IMG/VR virus record: IMGVR_UViG_3300003321_000657
Length of the DNA stretch: 64,000 nucleotides
Origin: an uncultured virus (IMG/VR IMGVR_UViG_3300003321_000657)
Taxonomy: Duplodnaviria; Heunggongvirae; Uroviricota; Caudoviricetes
Reading direction: 5' to 3' (one strand)
This document shows, piece after piece, positions 10,781 through 21,012 of the stretch (its first letter is position 1; every line of letters begins with the position of its first letter). The translations under genes and the position numbers were made by a program. The notes under the pieces were generated by a model. That model saw nothing but the letters and a program-made list of their open reading frames with translations. It was not told the DNA's origin and made no database searches.

Positions 10781-11046
10781 TGCGAACTGGATTCCGAAAC
10801 GAAAAGCCCGATCGATCCAACGACCGGGATGCCGAAACGGAACGTGGATCAAGCGAGATGACCCATAGTGGGGTAGCCGCCCACAACGAACGCGGGAGTT
10901 GATAGCAACGGCTCGCCATAGGACAGGGGTGCGGGTTGCTCCGCATACCCGACTTGAGCTTGGCAAATAGTGAGGGTTGCCGACAAAGGAAAGTTGATGA
11001 CTAAACCCGTTTGCCGGGGGAGGCCGATAAAACCGGCGCTAAAATT

Positions 11047-11388
11047 ATGAAAAACGTTTCGCAAAAAATCATCTGTCGGCGCGGGAAGTACTCAGAACCG
11101 GCGCGCACAGAACTGGCCTACAAGCCGACCGGCCGTCCACGCGGCCGTCCGGAGGCTGGATCGCTTGCCTTTACAGTAGAGCAGATCAAGAACATGCCGG
11201 ATCTGCTCTCCATGCGGCAGTTGGCGTTCTTCCTGAACGTCACCAGTGGCACTGTGCGCCAGTGGGTGCGCGCCGCCAAGAATCCACTGCCATACCGGCA
11301 CGACAAATGGCCTCCGCCGCACGGTACGTTCGTTTGTTACAGGGATGAGATTGTCAACTGGCTCAAGGAAACGGGGAGATTGCAATGA
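11047..11388 (+). CDS. Excisionase-like HTH DNA-binding protein with AT-hook
   Basis: RPRGRP AT-hook; LLSMRQLAFFLNVTSGTVRQWV helix-turn-helix; RDEIVNWL. Confidence 0.75.
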   Translation: MKNVSQKIICRRGKYSEPARTELAYKPTGRPRGRPEAGSLAFTVEQIKNMPDLLSMRQLAFFLNVTSGTVRQWVRAAKNPLPYRHDKWPPPHGTFVCYRDEIVNWLKETGRLQ

Positions 11389-12098
11389 GTGGACTTTTGA
11401 TCGCGGTGGACGGAATCGACGGTAGCGGCAAGACGACGTTTTCAAAGCAGATCCAGCAACACCTCTGGGAGACGATGAAGGGCTCGGAACGCGTCTTCCT
11501 CTTTAACCACCCGGGCGCGACCGACGTCGGCCAGAAGCTGCGTACGATCATCAAGGACCCGGCGAGTAAGATCGATAAGATTTCCGAGCGCCTGCTATTC
11601 GCGGCCGACAACAGCCTCTTCCTGAACCTGATCGCCACGCCCATGCTGGCCAATAACCGCATCGTGATCTCGGACAGATATTGGGGCTGTACAGACATCG
11701 TGTACGGCCTCAACACGGGCGTGCCGATGAACACCATGCTTGCGCTCCACGAGATCGTCAATCCGCTGAAGCTGGACATGCTACTGGTCTTCAAGTGCTC
11801 GTGGGCGACTGCCAAGCAGCGTAAGCAGGCCATGGCTCCCAAGTCTGACTACGGCGTGAAGCACGACTGTCGGATTGAAGCGCGCGGCGACGAGTTCCTG
11901 ACGAAGGTCGCCGACACGTACGCACAGATCCGGCCGAGCGGCGAGATTACGCGCGAGAATTGCGACGATCTGAACGTCGTCATTCACAACATTGCCAAGC
12001 GCGTCGTCATCATCGACGCCGAGCAGTCATGGGACGCGGTCAAGGCTGAAGCCTGCCGCGCCGTCGACATGCTGATCAAAGAAGAGAATTTCCAGTAG
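11385..12098 (+). CDS. tmk: Thymidylate kinase
   Basis: LIAVDGIDGSGKTT, HPG, ERLLFAAD, VISDRY. Confidence 0.92.
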   Translation: MSGLLIAVDGIDGSGKTTFSKQIQQHLWETMKGSERVFLFNHPGATDVGQKLRTIIKDPASKIDKISERLLFAADNSLFLNLIATPMLANNRIVISDRYWGCTDIVYGLNTGVPMNTMLALHEIVNPLKLDMLLVFKCSWATAKQRKQAMAPKSDYGVKHDCRIEARGDEFLTKVADTYAQIRPSGEITRENCDDLNVVIHNIAKRVVIIDAEQSWDAVKAEACRAVDMLIKEENFQ

Positions 12099-12107
12099 GA
12101 GGGCGTC

Positions 12108-12428
12108 ATGGCGAAGTTAAAGGACAAGTCCAAGCGGCCAGCGAAGGCGAAGAAGAAGAAGCCGGAGCCTAAAGCGCCCGAGCTGGAGAACAAGACCGGC
12201 CAGCGCCGACCGTGCTTTCAGTGCAACGGCACTGGTGAAATGTGTAACTGCTGCGGCGAGAGCCAAGATTGCTGCGACTGTACTGAAGACGACGGCGAAG
12301 GCGGCGAGGTTGAAGTCTGTGACTTTAGTCCGTGCGACTCCTGCGGCGGTATTGGGATCGCAATCCTCGATCAGACAGAGGACGAAAAGAAAAAGGGCGC
12401 TGAGTTCATACGAAAGGACGAAGAATAA
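12108..12428 (+). CDS. Cys-rich protein with DnaJ-type CxxCxGxG motifs
   Basis: CFQCNGTG and CDSCGGIG. Confidence 0.6.
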   Translation: MAKLKDKSKRPAKAKKKKPEPKAPELENKTGQRRPCFQCNGTGEMCNCCGESQDCCDCTEDDGEGGEVEVCDFSPCDSCGGIGIAILDQTEDEKKKGAEFIRKDEE

Positions 12429-13408
12429 TGCCTCATACAGTGGAAATTGACGTACGGATGGTCGCCAAGACGCGCGTGGACGGTCCCGAGGCCACGAAGT
12501 GGCTAAAGGGCATCGGCGTTTCACCCGAAGCCTGCACGCGCGTGATCGATCCGGCCGACAAGAGCGACGCTGAAATGCTGGTCGAGCTGGCCGGACGGCG
12601 CTGCTACAAGAGCTTCGAGCCGGGTCTCAATCCAAACATTCAGAAGATCCGCGAGGATATCGTCCAGTACATCGACAATATTCTCGCCAGCGGCCACGGC
12701 AGCGTGTTGGAGCACGTCAACTTCACATTCGCCATCGAGAACGTCTCGCGCGTGTTCACGGGCGAGATGAATCGGCATCGCGCCGGAATGGCGATCTCTG
12801 AAGGGTCGATGCGCTTCATCCGATACGACGACATCGGCTACTGGCTGCCGACCAGTATCAGTGGCGACGGTCAAGATGAGAGGTATCAGAATCTGATCGC
12901 GATTGAAACCGCGCAGATGGTCCTGCGGAATCTAACGACTCCGGCGATGACAGAGGCGCGAAATATAGCCAATCGCCTCGATGACATCAAAGAAGGGCTG
13001 CACGAAGGCGGCGGTGTGTACAGTACGTCCGACGTTGAGCAGAAAAAAGCTCGAACGCGTTCAGTGTTCACGGCCGCATTCTCTGTCGCAGAGTGGCTGT
13101 ATGGCATGATGAACCACGTCTGGCAGAAAGAGCTCGCCCCAGAATCTAAATTCAAGGCTAAGAAGGATATTACTTCCATGATGCGTCGCATCATCCCGAT
13201 GGGCGTCGCGACTGGCGGCGTCTGGACAGGAAACATTCGCGCCCTGCGTCATATCTTCGGCATGCGCTGCTCGCCTGCGGCCGAGGAGGAGATTCTGCTG
13301 GTCGCGACGAAGATGCTCAACATCATGCGCACGGAAGAGCCGTCATTCTTCGGCGACTACGTGACCGGCGAAGATGGGTACTCGAAGCCGAAACACTGGA
13401 AGGTTTGA
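12428..13408 (+). CDS. thyX: FAD-dependent thymidylate synthase
   Basis: AGRRCYKS, GHGSVLEH, SRVFTGEMNRHR, SEGSMRF, GNIRALRH. Confidence 0.92.
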   Translation: MPHTVEIDVRMVAKTRVDGPEATKWLKGIGVSPEACTRVIDPADKSDAEMLVELAGRRCYKSFEPGLNPNIQKIREDIVQYIDNILASGHGSVLEHVNFTFAIENVSRVFTGEMNRHRAGMAISEGSMRFIRYDDIGYWLPTSISGDGQDERYQNLIAIETAQMVLRNLTTPAMTEARNIANRLDDIKEGLHEGGGVYSTSDVEQKKARTRSVFTAAFSVAEWLYGMMNHVWQKELAPESKFKAKKDITSMMRRIIPMGVATGGVWTGNIRALRHIFGMRCSPAAEEEILLVATKMLNIMRTEEPSFFGDYVTGEDGYSKPKHWKV

Positions 13409-13420
13409 GGAGAAGCGCAC

Positions 13421-14295
13421 ATGAGCGAACAATTCATACTGCCGCCCGGAGTCACGTCCCGCTTCGGCGAGATCAAAACCAGCTTCGAATGCGATATGGG
13501 TCCGGGCTGGATCTTGATCGCCATCGTTCCGCATGACGATGTGATGCAGGGTTCGAGCCAGCACGTGACGCCGCAGCCGAACTCGTCGTATCCAAACATC
13601 ACCAACTACTACACGGCGCACGCGCTACGCCGTGTGAAGTACGTCTTCGGCAAGACTCGCGAAGACGTAATCGAAGGCTTGAAGAGAGAGCGTGACGAGG
13701 CGCTTACCAATGCTCGTAATGCGGCCAAGGCATCCGAGCACTCGCTCAAGGAGCTCAACAAGGCTCTGGAAGAGGCGAAGGACTGGAAGGATTCTCACGC
13801 ACAGGTCGCTGCGGACGCCAGTAAGTGTTCGAAGCAGCGTGACGAAGCATGGGCGGCAAACAACAAACTCGAAGCGGATCTGGCGAAGGTTCGCCAGTAC
13901 ATTGGCGACGCCAAGTGGAAGGAGATCACAGGAAAATGAAGGACATCAATCCAAATCTACCGGCCAACGTGGGCGGCGCCGGGCGCGGCGGTCCGCACAT
14001 TCTGGGCGAGAAGAAGCCAACTCCTCCGCCGTGGAATCCGAAGGAATGCTGGAAGGTCGTTTGTCCGCTGGATGGCGACCGAGAGTACTTCGTCGCCGAT
14101 CCGGAGGACGAAGATGGCAGCGGTGTCGAGCTGACCGTAGGCATGGTGCGCGTGATGAACTCGTACGAGGCTACGCGCAATCCAGACAGCTCGATAAAAA
14201 TCGAGAAGCACAAAACTCTATGCTTCATCGGCGTTGGCGTTATCCTTGAAATCGTCGAGAAGCCGTCGTGGTGGGGTCAGCGGGATAAAAAGTGA
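13421..14295 (+). CDS. Two hypothetical genes (13421-13939, coiled-coil; 13936-14295)
   Basis: GAGGAG RBS; ATGA coupling. Confidence 0.65.
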
Positions 14296-14366
14296 TTCTG
14301 GCGCATCGAATAGCCCTCGATCCAACCATGAAGCAGCGTCGCTACTTCGAGCGCGCGGCAGGGTGC
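14292..14366 (+). pseudogene. tnpB: N-terminal remnant of a second TnpB
   Basis: MILAHRIALDPTMKQRRYFERAAGC aligns with MIIAHKIALDPTQKQRVYFAKAAGC at 2375; similarity ends abruptly. Confidence 0.8.
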
Positions 14367-14469
14367 GTGGCAGCGGATTGCGCTGCCGGGAGGCTGGATT
14401 CCTGTCCTCGATCGCGCGCCGCATCAATTCGAAAACGTTTCCGAAAAACGATTGGAGAAGGAGGCGAAG

Positions 14470-15987
14470 ATGCCGATCATCGACGTGAAAGAGATCAAGT
14501 ACTGGCGCTGCCTGCGATGGCAAGGGCGCATGTTTACCGAGCGCGCCATCTACGGATCAAATGGGACCGACATCATCTCGGACCGCGGAACAGTTCCGCT
14601 AAACGAAAGAACCAAGGCTAACTGCTGGGATTTTGCGCCTTGGGTTCCGCAACCGGGAGACTGGGTATTAAATGAAAGTTTGATCTGGCATCTCGTACGT
14701 CCGGATGACATCTCGCCTTGCTGGATCGCCCGGTACGAAGAAAAGGAGGATCGCGTCGACATTAATAAGTGTACGCCAGTGCTCGATCGCGTCCCACTCA
14801 TCGGATTCGACGCGCGCAAACAGGAAGAGGCTGCGCATCAGAAGGCATTGGAAGATCAAAAGAAACTAAAGGATCGGATCTCGCAGTGGATCATGTCGCT
14901 GTTCGAGTCAGAGAAACTCAAGCCGATGCGCATGGAGTTCGATGACGTCGGATTGATATGGTTCCCGAATCAGGACCGCTTGACGTGGCGGATGAATATC
15001 TGCCACCGCAACATGAACCTCTTCAATGAATTCGGAGAGCATCCTAAGCCATCAGAGGTCGAGGCGTGGGTGTTCAGTATTTTGTGGCCTACGCAGCGGC
15101 AGGCGCAGCATCTTGGCCGCGTCCTGCGCAAGAAACAGCGGCGCGAAGCGGCCATTCACGATGCCGAGAAGTGGATCGAGAAGACGTTTCAGCGCGAAGG
15201 CGCGTGGACCGCGTCGCAATTCTTCACATGGTTCAGAGTGTCGATGTGCGCAACGACGATCCAGCTCTCGTGCCGTGTGCTGCGTAAAGGACGCGGGAAG
15301 GAGCTTACCATCTCTCGCAATATGAGCGAGGATGCGCTGGGCGAGCGGCTGGTATGCTTCCTGTATGACGCGCTGGAAGAGATCTGGCCGAAGAAGCCGG
15401 TGGACGGCAGCGATCAGGCGAAGTGTCAGCGCCATTACGAAAAGACAAAGCTGTATGGCGATGAAAAAGAAGTTGGCCACGCTTGCATCTGTAAGGAGCG
15501 CTCGTTTATTCTCGGCAATCATCACTGCGCAACTTGTCCTCTGCATACAGATAAGCTGCGAGAGAATTACACTCAGAAAGAAATGCGAGAGATGCGTAAC
15601 ACTGAGTCTCCAGCGCCTAACTGGGTCGAAGAGCTCTACAAAGACCGCATCGTGAACAAGAACCGAGACTGCCCGCCGACGATAGAAGTCAAAGGCAAGG
15701 ACGGTTCGATCCTGCTCGCGCCCAAGCCGAAAGATCCGGCGCCGCGGCCTGCGCCACATCCAACTGAGGAAGTCGATAGTAAGATCGCAGCGTGTCTTGA
15801 TGCAGCTCGTTGCGAGCGACAGGCCATGGCGGCGTGTGAAAAACGACATCGGATGTACGTGGCGATGGCGGAGTTCTATCGCAGCGGAGCGGCTGAGAAA
15901 ATCTGCCTCTGTACACACCCGCACAAAGAGATCGCCAGTGATCAGCACGATAAGCTGTGTCCGATGTACGGCGAAATTCCGTTCTGA
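14470..15987 (+). CDS. Large hypothetical protein
   Basis: AAGGAGG RBS before ATG 14470; about 505 aa; no recognised family. Confidence 0.75.
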   Translation: MPIIDVKEIKYWRCLRWQGRMFTERAIYGSNGTDIISDRGTVPLNERTKANCWDFAPWVPQPGDWVLNESLIWHLVRPDDISPCWIARYEEKEDRVDINKCTPVLDRVPLIGFDARKQEEAAHQKALEDQKKLKDRISQWIMSLFESEKLKPMRMEFDDVGLIWFPNQDRLTWRMNICHRNMNLFNEFGEHPKPSEVEAWVFSILWPTQRQAQHLGRVLRKKQRREAAIHDAEKWIEKTFQREGAWTASQFFTWFRVSMCATTIQLSCRVLRKGRGKELTISRNMSEDALGERLVCFLYDALEEIWPKKPVDGSDQAKCQRHYEKTKLYGDEKEVGHACICKERSFILGNHHCATCPLHTDKLRENYTQKEMREMRNTESPAPNWVEELYKDRIVNKNRDCPPTIEVKGKDGSILLAPKPKDPAPRPAPHPTEEVDSKIAACLDAARCERQAMAACEKRHRMYVAMAEFYRSGAAEKICLCTHPHKEIASDQHDKLCPMYGEIPF

Positions 15988-16190
15988 GGAGCGATCATGC
16001 TCAGCGCAAAGACCCTCATCAAGCACGCCAAGCAGCACAACCGCAAGCCGGGCGACTACATGGTCGAACGGCCGGACGGAAAGGTGGTAAAGTTACCGAC
16101 GATGGCGGAGTAGCCGAGATCTACCGCTTCGTCGGCTGGGAACATGCTTGTACGATGGGAACTAAGAATGAGTATCTCAGAGAGTAGGCC

Positions 16191-16793
16191 ATGACCGACG
16201 ATCTCCTCTTTGATATCGGCGAGCCCATCGGCACGTCAGTCATGGAGCAGCCGCAGGAAGTTCAGAAGCCGCCTGTGCGCGACTTTGATCTGTGGGTCCC
16301 GCTACCGTTCGCGCCGCTGACCGGCGCCGCATTCAGCCCGTGCCGGACCTACCGCTACATGTTGTGGCGGCAATTTTTAGAGCGCGGCGAAACGGTCCTT
16401 TTCGTTCTCCTCAACCCCAGCACGGCCGACGAGATTAAGAACGATCCGACCATCACGCGTTTGGAAGGATACGCAAAGGCGTGGGGCTTCGCGCGGCTGG
16501 TCGTGGTCAATCTCTTTGCCTACCGCGCCACCATGCCCAGCGATCTAAAATTCGCGCCGGAGCCAGTCGGACCGGACAACGATGAATGGATTGTACGCAT
16601 GGCATCCAAGTCCAAGCTGGTGATCTGCGGCTGGGGCAACCACGGCAAATACATGAAGCGCAATCATGCCGTGCTGGATCTACTAAAGAACGCCGGTCAT
16701 GGCGACAAGCTGCACTGCCTGAAGAAAAACAAGGACGGCAGCTACGGCCATCCGTTGTATCTACGCGCCGATCTGAAGCCGATGGAGATCTGA
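16191..16793 (+). CDS. DUF1643 family protein
   Basis: YRYMLWR, LLNPSTAD...DPTI, VNLFAYRAT, WGNHG, HPLY. Confidence 0.85.
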   Translation: MTDDLLFDIGEPIGTSVMEQPQEVQKPPVRDFDLWVPLPFAPLTGAAFSPCRTYRYMLWRQFLERGETVLFVLLNPSTADEIKNDPTITRLEGYAKAWGFARLVVVNLFAYRATMPSDLKFAPEPVGPDNDEWIVRMASKSKLVICGWGNHGKYMKRNHAVLDLLKNAGHGDKLHCLKKNKDGSYGHPLYLRADLKPMEI

Positions 16794-16794
16794 C

Positions 16795-17708
16795 ATGCTG
16801 AAGCAGTATTGTGACGAATGCGGAGCATTCATCAAGGATTTCGACCGAGATAAGCACGGTCGCGACTATGGGCAAACGTTTCACAGCGCCACACTCTCTC
16901 TTAAACGCGGGACAGGAGTTGAAGTATCGATCTGCTTTACGGCGCAGAAAAAGACAGGCGAGAACAGCGTTATCGCGTTCGAGCTGTGTGATCAGTGCAA
17001 GCTCGGTCTCGCCAAGAAGTTTTTAGAGCAAATGCTCGAAGAAAGAACAAAACCGGTGGTGTGTAGGAACTGCGGCAAGGCGATCTTCTGGTCTCAAGGC
17101 GACGCGTGCTACATGCATCACCTGCCGCCCAGCCTCAGCCTTATTGCGTCGCCGCGCATTCTTCCCGGTAGAAACTGCGCCGATCACGCCAATAGCCCAT
17201 TCGCCGAGCCGAAGGAGTAACCATGCCATTCTTTACCGCCAGTGGCGGAACCGCGTTCGTGTACGTTGACAGCACTGACAAGCTGACCGTGCGGATTACT
17301 CCGCCCAAGAACATGCCGCAGACGCTAGAGAACGACTGTAACGTGCTGGGCTCGGATCTGTTCGAGTTCTGCGACCACATCCGCAAGAAGAATGAGGAGA
17401 AGACCGAGGCCGCGCGCGTCAAGAAGTACGACGAAGACCGGCCGGAGATGTCGCTCGCCTATCAGTCGCTGTCGAAACAGTTGAACGACAACGCGGACAC
17501 GATGAAGAAGTGCTTCGACGAGATGGGCGACAAGATCGTTAAGGCGATCGCGACGGCAGCGGCCGCAGAGCGTGAGCAGTCGCATAAGGTCTTGGCGTCC
17601 AGCGTCGTGTCGGAGATGGGCGCCAAGGCGAGCGATACTGGTCATCCGTTCTTTGACGCGCTCATGAATGCGATCAGACCAAAGAAGAAGAAACGGAGGA
17701 AGTCTTAG
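16795..17708 (+). CDS. Two hypothetical genes (16795-17220, Cys-rich; 17223-17708)
   Basis: ORF track; AAGGAG RBS before the second. Confidence 0.65.
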
Positions 17709-17822
17709 GTTTCTCACTGGACTCAAAAACCTCCAGCGCGAATTTTGGAACAGTTTTCAAAAAAATGCATTGACGGTCGGACTGATTTTTATATACGCTG
17801 CCAACCTCTGGAGGGGCGGCGT

Positions 17823-18287
17823 ATGGCGACATTCGAGACGCAGGCTGATCGCGAGGCGCAACGCGAGATCGTGAAGAAGTTCTGCGACTGGTGTCAGATC
17901 AAATGCAAAAAGCCGGTCTCTTTTGAGGAAATGCCAACGCTGTCACGACATGATTTTGAAATCTCGATCGGCAGCGTGAAGCGTATTGTCGCTGAGGCCA
18001 AGGATCGAGATATCTCATTCGAACTGGCGCGCAAGTTGGGCGGATTCAAGATGAGCGCAGGCAAGTGGGACGCATGTTTCAGGAGCGCCGCAGAGCAGAA
18101 GCTGCACTTCATCCTGACGATTCGATTCGCTGGCTGGGTCGCGTACTGCAAGGCAAAGCCAGACGATCCACAGACGCTGATGCGCGAGGTCTGGGGTCGC
18201 AGTAAGCCGCGACCGGAAGCGCCGCACGATATCGAGCAGTGCGTCATCATTCCGATGAGCCGATTTACGTTGATCTCTGTCGCTTAG
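17823..18287 (+). CDS. Putative PD-(D/E)xK nuclease-like protein
   Basis: HDF...AEAKDR pattern; TTGACG promoter-like element at 17770. Confidence 0.5.
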   Translation: MATFETQADREAQREIVKKFCDWCQIKCKKPVSFEEMPTLSRHDFEISIGSVKRIVAEAKDRDISFELARKLGGFKMSAGKWDACFRSAAEQKLHFILTIRFAGWVAYCKAKPDDPQTLMREVWGRSKPRPEAPHDIEQCVIIPMSRFTLISVA

Positions 18288-18367
18288 ATTTTCGAAATGT
18301 TTTCTTTCTTGAAATAACGTGACCAGAGTATATATTGGCTAACTCAAACCATTGGAGGGTCAATCAA

Positions 18368-18856
18368 GTGATCGTTAATACAAAAGTCGGAATGTCGTTA
18401 TGGATGATGGATCTTGCGCTCGCCTTGATCGCGGCCGGAACGGGCGTCATGTTCTTTGAACGTGAAGCCAAGGCCGAAGAGGACATCAGCGCTGAAGTCA
18501 CGCAGTATCTGCGCGAGCACTCCACCGAGGCATCAGATGATGCATGGCGCGAGAAGATGCATGAGAAGTTTAAGGAGAAGCTTGCGCGCGACGACTTCTA
18601 CTCCAGCGAAGAGGCGGTAGCTGTCGAGTACGTCTTCAACTGGCTGTCGGATCACAAGGCCGCGTTCGATGAAGATCCGAACAAGCGCCGCCAGCTCAGT
18701 GACGACGAAAAATTAACGATCTGCCGCATGGCTGCCATGTTCCTAGACAACAACTGGAAGTGGCCAAAGAAGATCGCGGCAGAAATCAACAAAGAGAATT
18801 TCCGGCAATATATTGCCTCGACCAAAGTCGAGACTACAATCGTCATCCGCAGGTGA
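18368..18856 (+). CDS. Hypothetical protein with N-terminal signal or transmembrane segment
   Basis: GGAGG RBS with GTG start; hydrophobic LALALIAAGTGVMFF followed by AKA. Confidence 0.6.
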   Translation: MIVNTKVGMSLWMMDLALALIAAGTGVMFFEREAKAEEDISAEVTQYLREHSTEASDDAWREKMHEKFKEKLARDDFYSSEEAVAVEYVFNWLSDHKAAFDEDPNKRRQLSDDEKLTICRMAAMFLDNNWKWPKKIAAEINKENFRQYIASTKVETTIVIRR

Positions 18857-18937
18857 AGTAGTTGCTCTCTCCCGGCCGGTCGGTCGTGGGACTGGAGTGA
18901 TCAGTAGATAGGCAGTTTTAGAAAACGTTTTCAAAAC

Positions 18938-19242
18938 GGGGGTGAACCAGCATCGACGGAGTGTGGAAGGCTGCGGGAGCGCGCCGCAGGGATGGCTGGC
19001 TGCGTCAACAAGCCATCAACGTAGCAAATGCCAAGATCATTCGAGGCAACTTTGGCGTTCGCGCCAAAGCGCTGGCTGCCTGAGCCGGTGTAACCAAGCC
19101 CTTCGGGGCATAGGCACGTAGTACCCGCAGTACGGACGGATTGGATACCCGTTCGAGACCGGACGGCCAGCATGGCTGGATACGCGCGTAGAGCCCACAC
19201 TGGATGCACTTTCGGACTCGGGGGCAGCACCCGACACCTCCA
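18938..19242 (+). ncRNA. ssrA: tmRNA, one-piece; tag AKIIRGNFGVRAKALAA
   Basis: 5' GGGGGTG pairs with 3' CACCTCC-A including the G3:U alanine determinant; TCGAC after the 5' end; T-arm TCGGG-GGCAGCA-CCCGA; tag ORF 19030-19083 ends ALAA-stop; CCA not encoded. Confidence 0.93.
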
Positions 19243-19311
19243 ATCTGTCGTGAGTGGCAGCGATTTTAAGCCGCGGGTTTTGACGATACAAAACTTCGGC
19301 AGGATCAGAGC

Positions 19312-20414
19312 ATGACCAACTTCGTGCCAATGCATCACGCCATATCCGGGATCGAGGTTTGGGTAGATCCGACCAGTATTGCCTCATTCATTCGTCAGGA
19401 GTTTCCGAAACATTTAATAGACGGAATTAACCGCACTCCGCCTGAAACGGTTGAGTGTACATGCATTTCAAGGACGAAAGGACTCCGTCACTTGTTTATG
19501 CGCGAGACTCCGCAAGAAATAAACGAACTGTTAAGAGGCGCATCTCCGTTCGAGGATATCAGAATGCGGTTGGAGCGGATCGAGAACATTCTGAGGAGCG
19601 GCCGACCATGACGACCAAGGCATGGTTTACTCTCGCATTCATCATCGGCTGGCCGTCGTATTGGGCGTTTGTGTTCAGCGTGCTCGAATACGATAAGCTG
19701 CGCTGGGCCGTGGTTCTTCCGATTTTCTCTGCCATCGTCACATTCATCTTCCCGTGGATCTTCCTGACGCATCCCGCGTACAACCCAAAGCCGGAGAAAG
19801 CCGATGACACTCCAAGAGATGATTTGCCCCGGCTGTGAACACCGCTGTTTCACAGACTGTCACTACGTCACCTGCGCTGCCTGTGGCCGCTTGTACTACG
19901 CGGCCGATTCGCTGACCTGTAAGAAGCGTCCACCATCTCAGTTCCAGACTGTCTGGCCGTACCAGCCTCCGCCAGCGCAGCCGTATCCGAATTTACATAT
20001 CACCGGCATCGCGCCCGGTCCGACCGGTGTGTTTGTGCCGAACGCCGCGGCCGGAGGAAATGTGGTCAATTTCAACGGCGGAACGATTACGCATACGGAG
20101 TACTTCCCCAACAAAGGTCCGGACTGCCGCGGCCACCTACTGATCCAGCAGATCGCCTGCGCCGGGGGCGCGCACTGATGGCCTACGAGCAACAGAAGCG
20201 GCAGCCGACGAAGTTTCAGATCAGAAAATGTCCGATCTGCGATAAAGACTTCAAGTGGCTGGAGTCTGATAAACCGCAACGGAAGTTCTGCTCACATCGT
20301 TGTGCGAACATCAAGCGCTGGATGGACGACCGGAATCGCAAGAGTCAGGCTGAAGCGTGCAGGAAAGCATTCATCGCCAGCCGGTCCGTGGCATCGTTTG
20401 ACGGGAGTTACTAG
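19312..20414 (+). CDS. Four small hypothetical genes (19312-19611; 19608-19838, two TM segments; 19804-20178; 20178-20414, Cys-rich)
   Basis: Coupled overlaps; ORF track. Confidence 0.6.
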
Positions 20415-20421
20415 GAGAATT

Positions 20422-21012
20422 ATGAGCCTGATCGAGATTGCCAAGAAAATCGCTACCAACGCTCACGAAGGACAGACGCGAAAGTACACGGGCGAGCCGT
20501 ACATCAAGCACCCGGAACGCGTGGCCGCGCGCGTGGAAAAGGCGATCATCGGCATGAAGAATGAAGGCTGTCACTTCGTAGAGCCGGAGATCCTGATCGC
20601 GTCCGCGTGGCTCCACGACGTCCCGGAAGATTGTCATCCGAAGTGGCGTTCAGAGATTGCCAACGATTGCGGAGCGCAGGTGTTCGTGATCATCCACGAG
20701 CTCACTAATCCATCGAAGGGTCTTGGCTGCAAGCGCGCGCTGCGAAAGCAGATCGATCGCGAGTACCTGAGCTGCGTCTCGAAAGACGCTACCCTGATCA
20801 AGCTGTGCGATCGCACGGACAACTTGATCGACATGCTGAATGGCGATGACGATTTCAAGCTGCTCTATCTAAGCGAGAGCCGAGAGCTACTGAGCTATCT
20901 CAAACCGCTCGTCGAAGCGAAGACCGTGTACGAAGATTACAAACAGGCGATGAATTCGCTGTCTTTGACCATTCCGGAAAAGATTCCAGCAGAGCCGGAC
21001 GCGAAATCATGA
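20422..21012 (+). CDS. HD-domain hydrolase, RelA/SpoT-hydrolase (Mesh1/SAH) type
   Basis: AHEGQTRKYTGEPYIKHP, WLHDVPED, ELT, IKLCDRTDN. Confidence 0.85.
   Translation: MSLIEIAKKIATNAHEGQTRKYTGEPYIKHPERVAARVEKAIIGMKNEGCHFVEPEILIASAWLHDVPEDCHPKWRSEIANDCGAQVFVIIHELTNPSKGLGCKRALRKQIDREYLSCVSKDATLIKLCDRTDNLIDMLNGDDDFKLLYLSESRELLSYLKPLVEAKTVYEDYKQAMNSLSLTIPEKIPAEPDAKS

Noticed and set aside
18856..19311. tRNA genes around the tmRNA
   Set aside because: Only the tRNA-like ends of the tmRNA are evident; no anticodon-arm cloverleaf found by eye.
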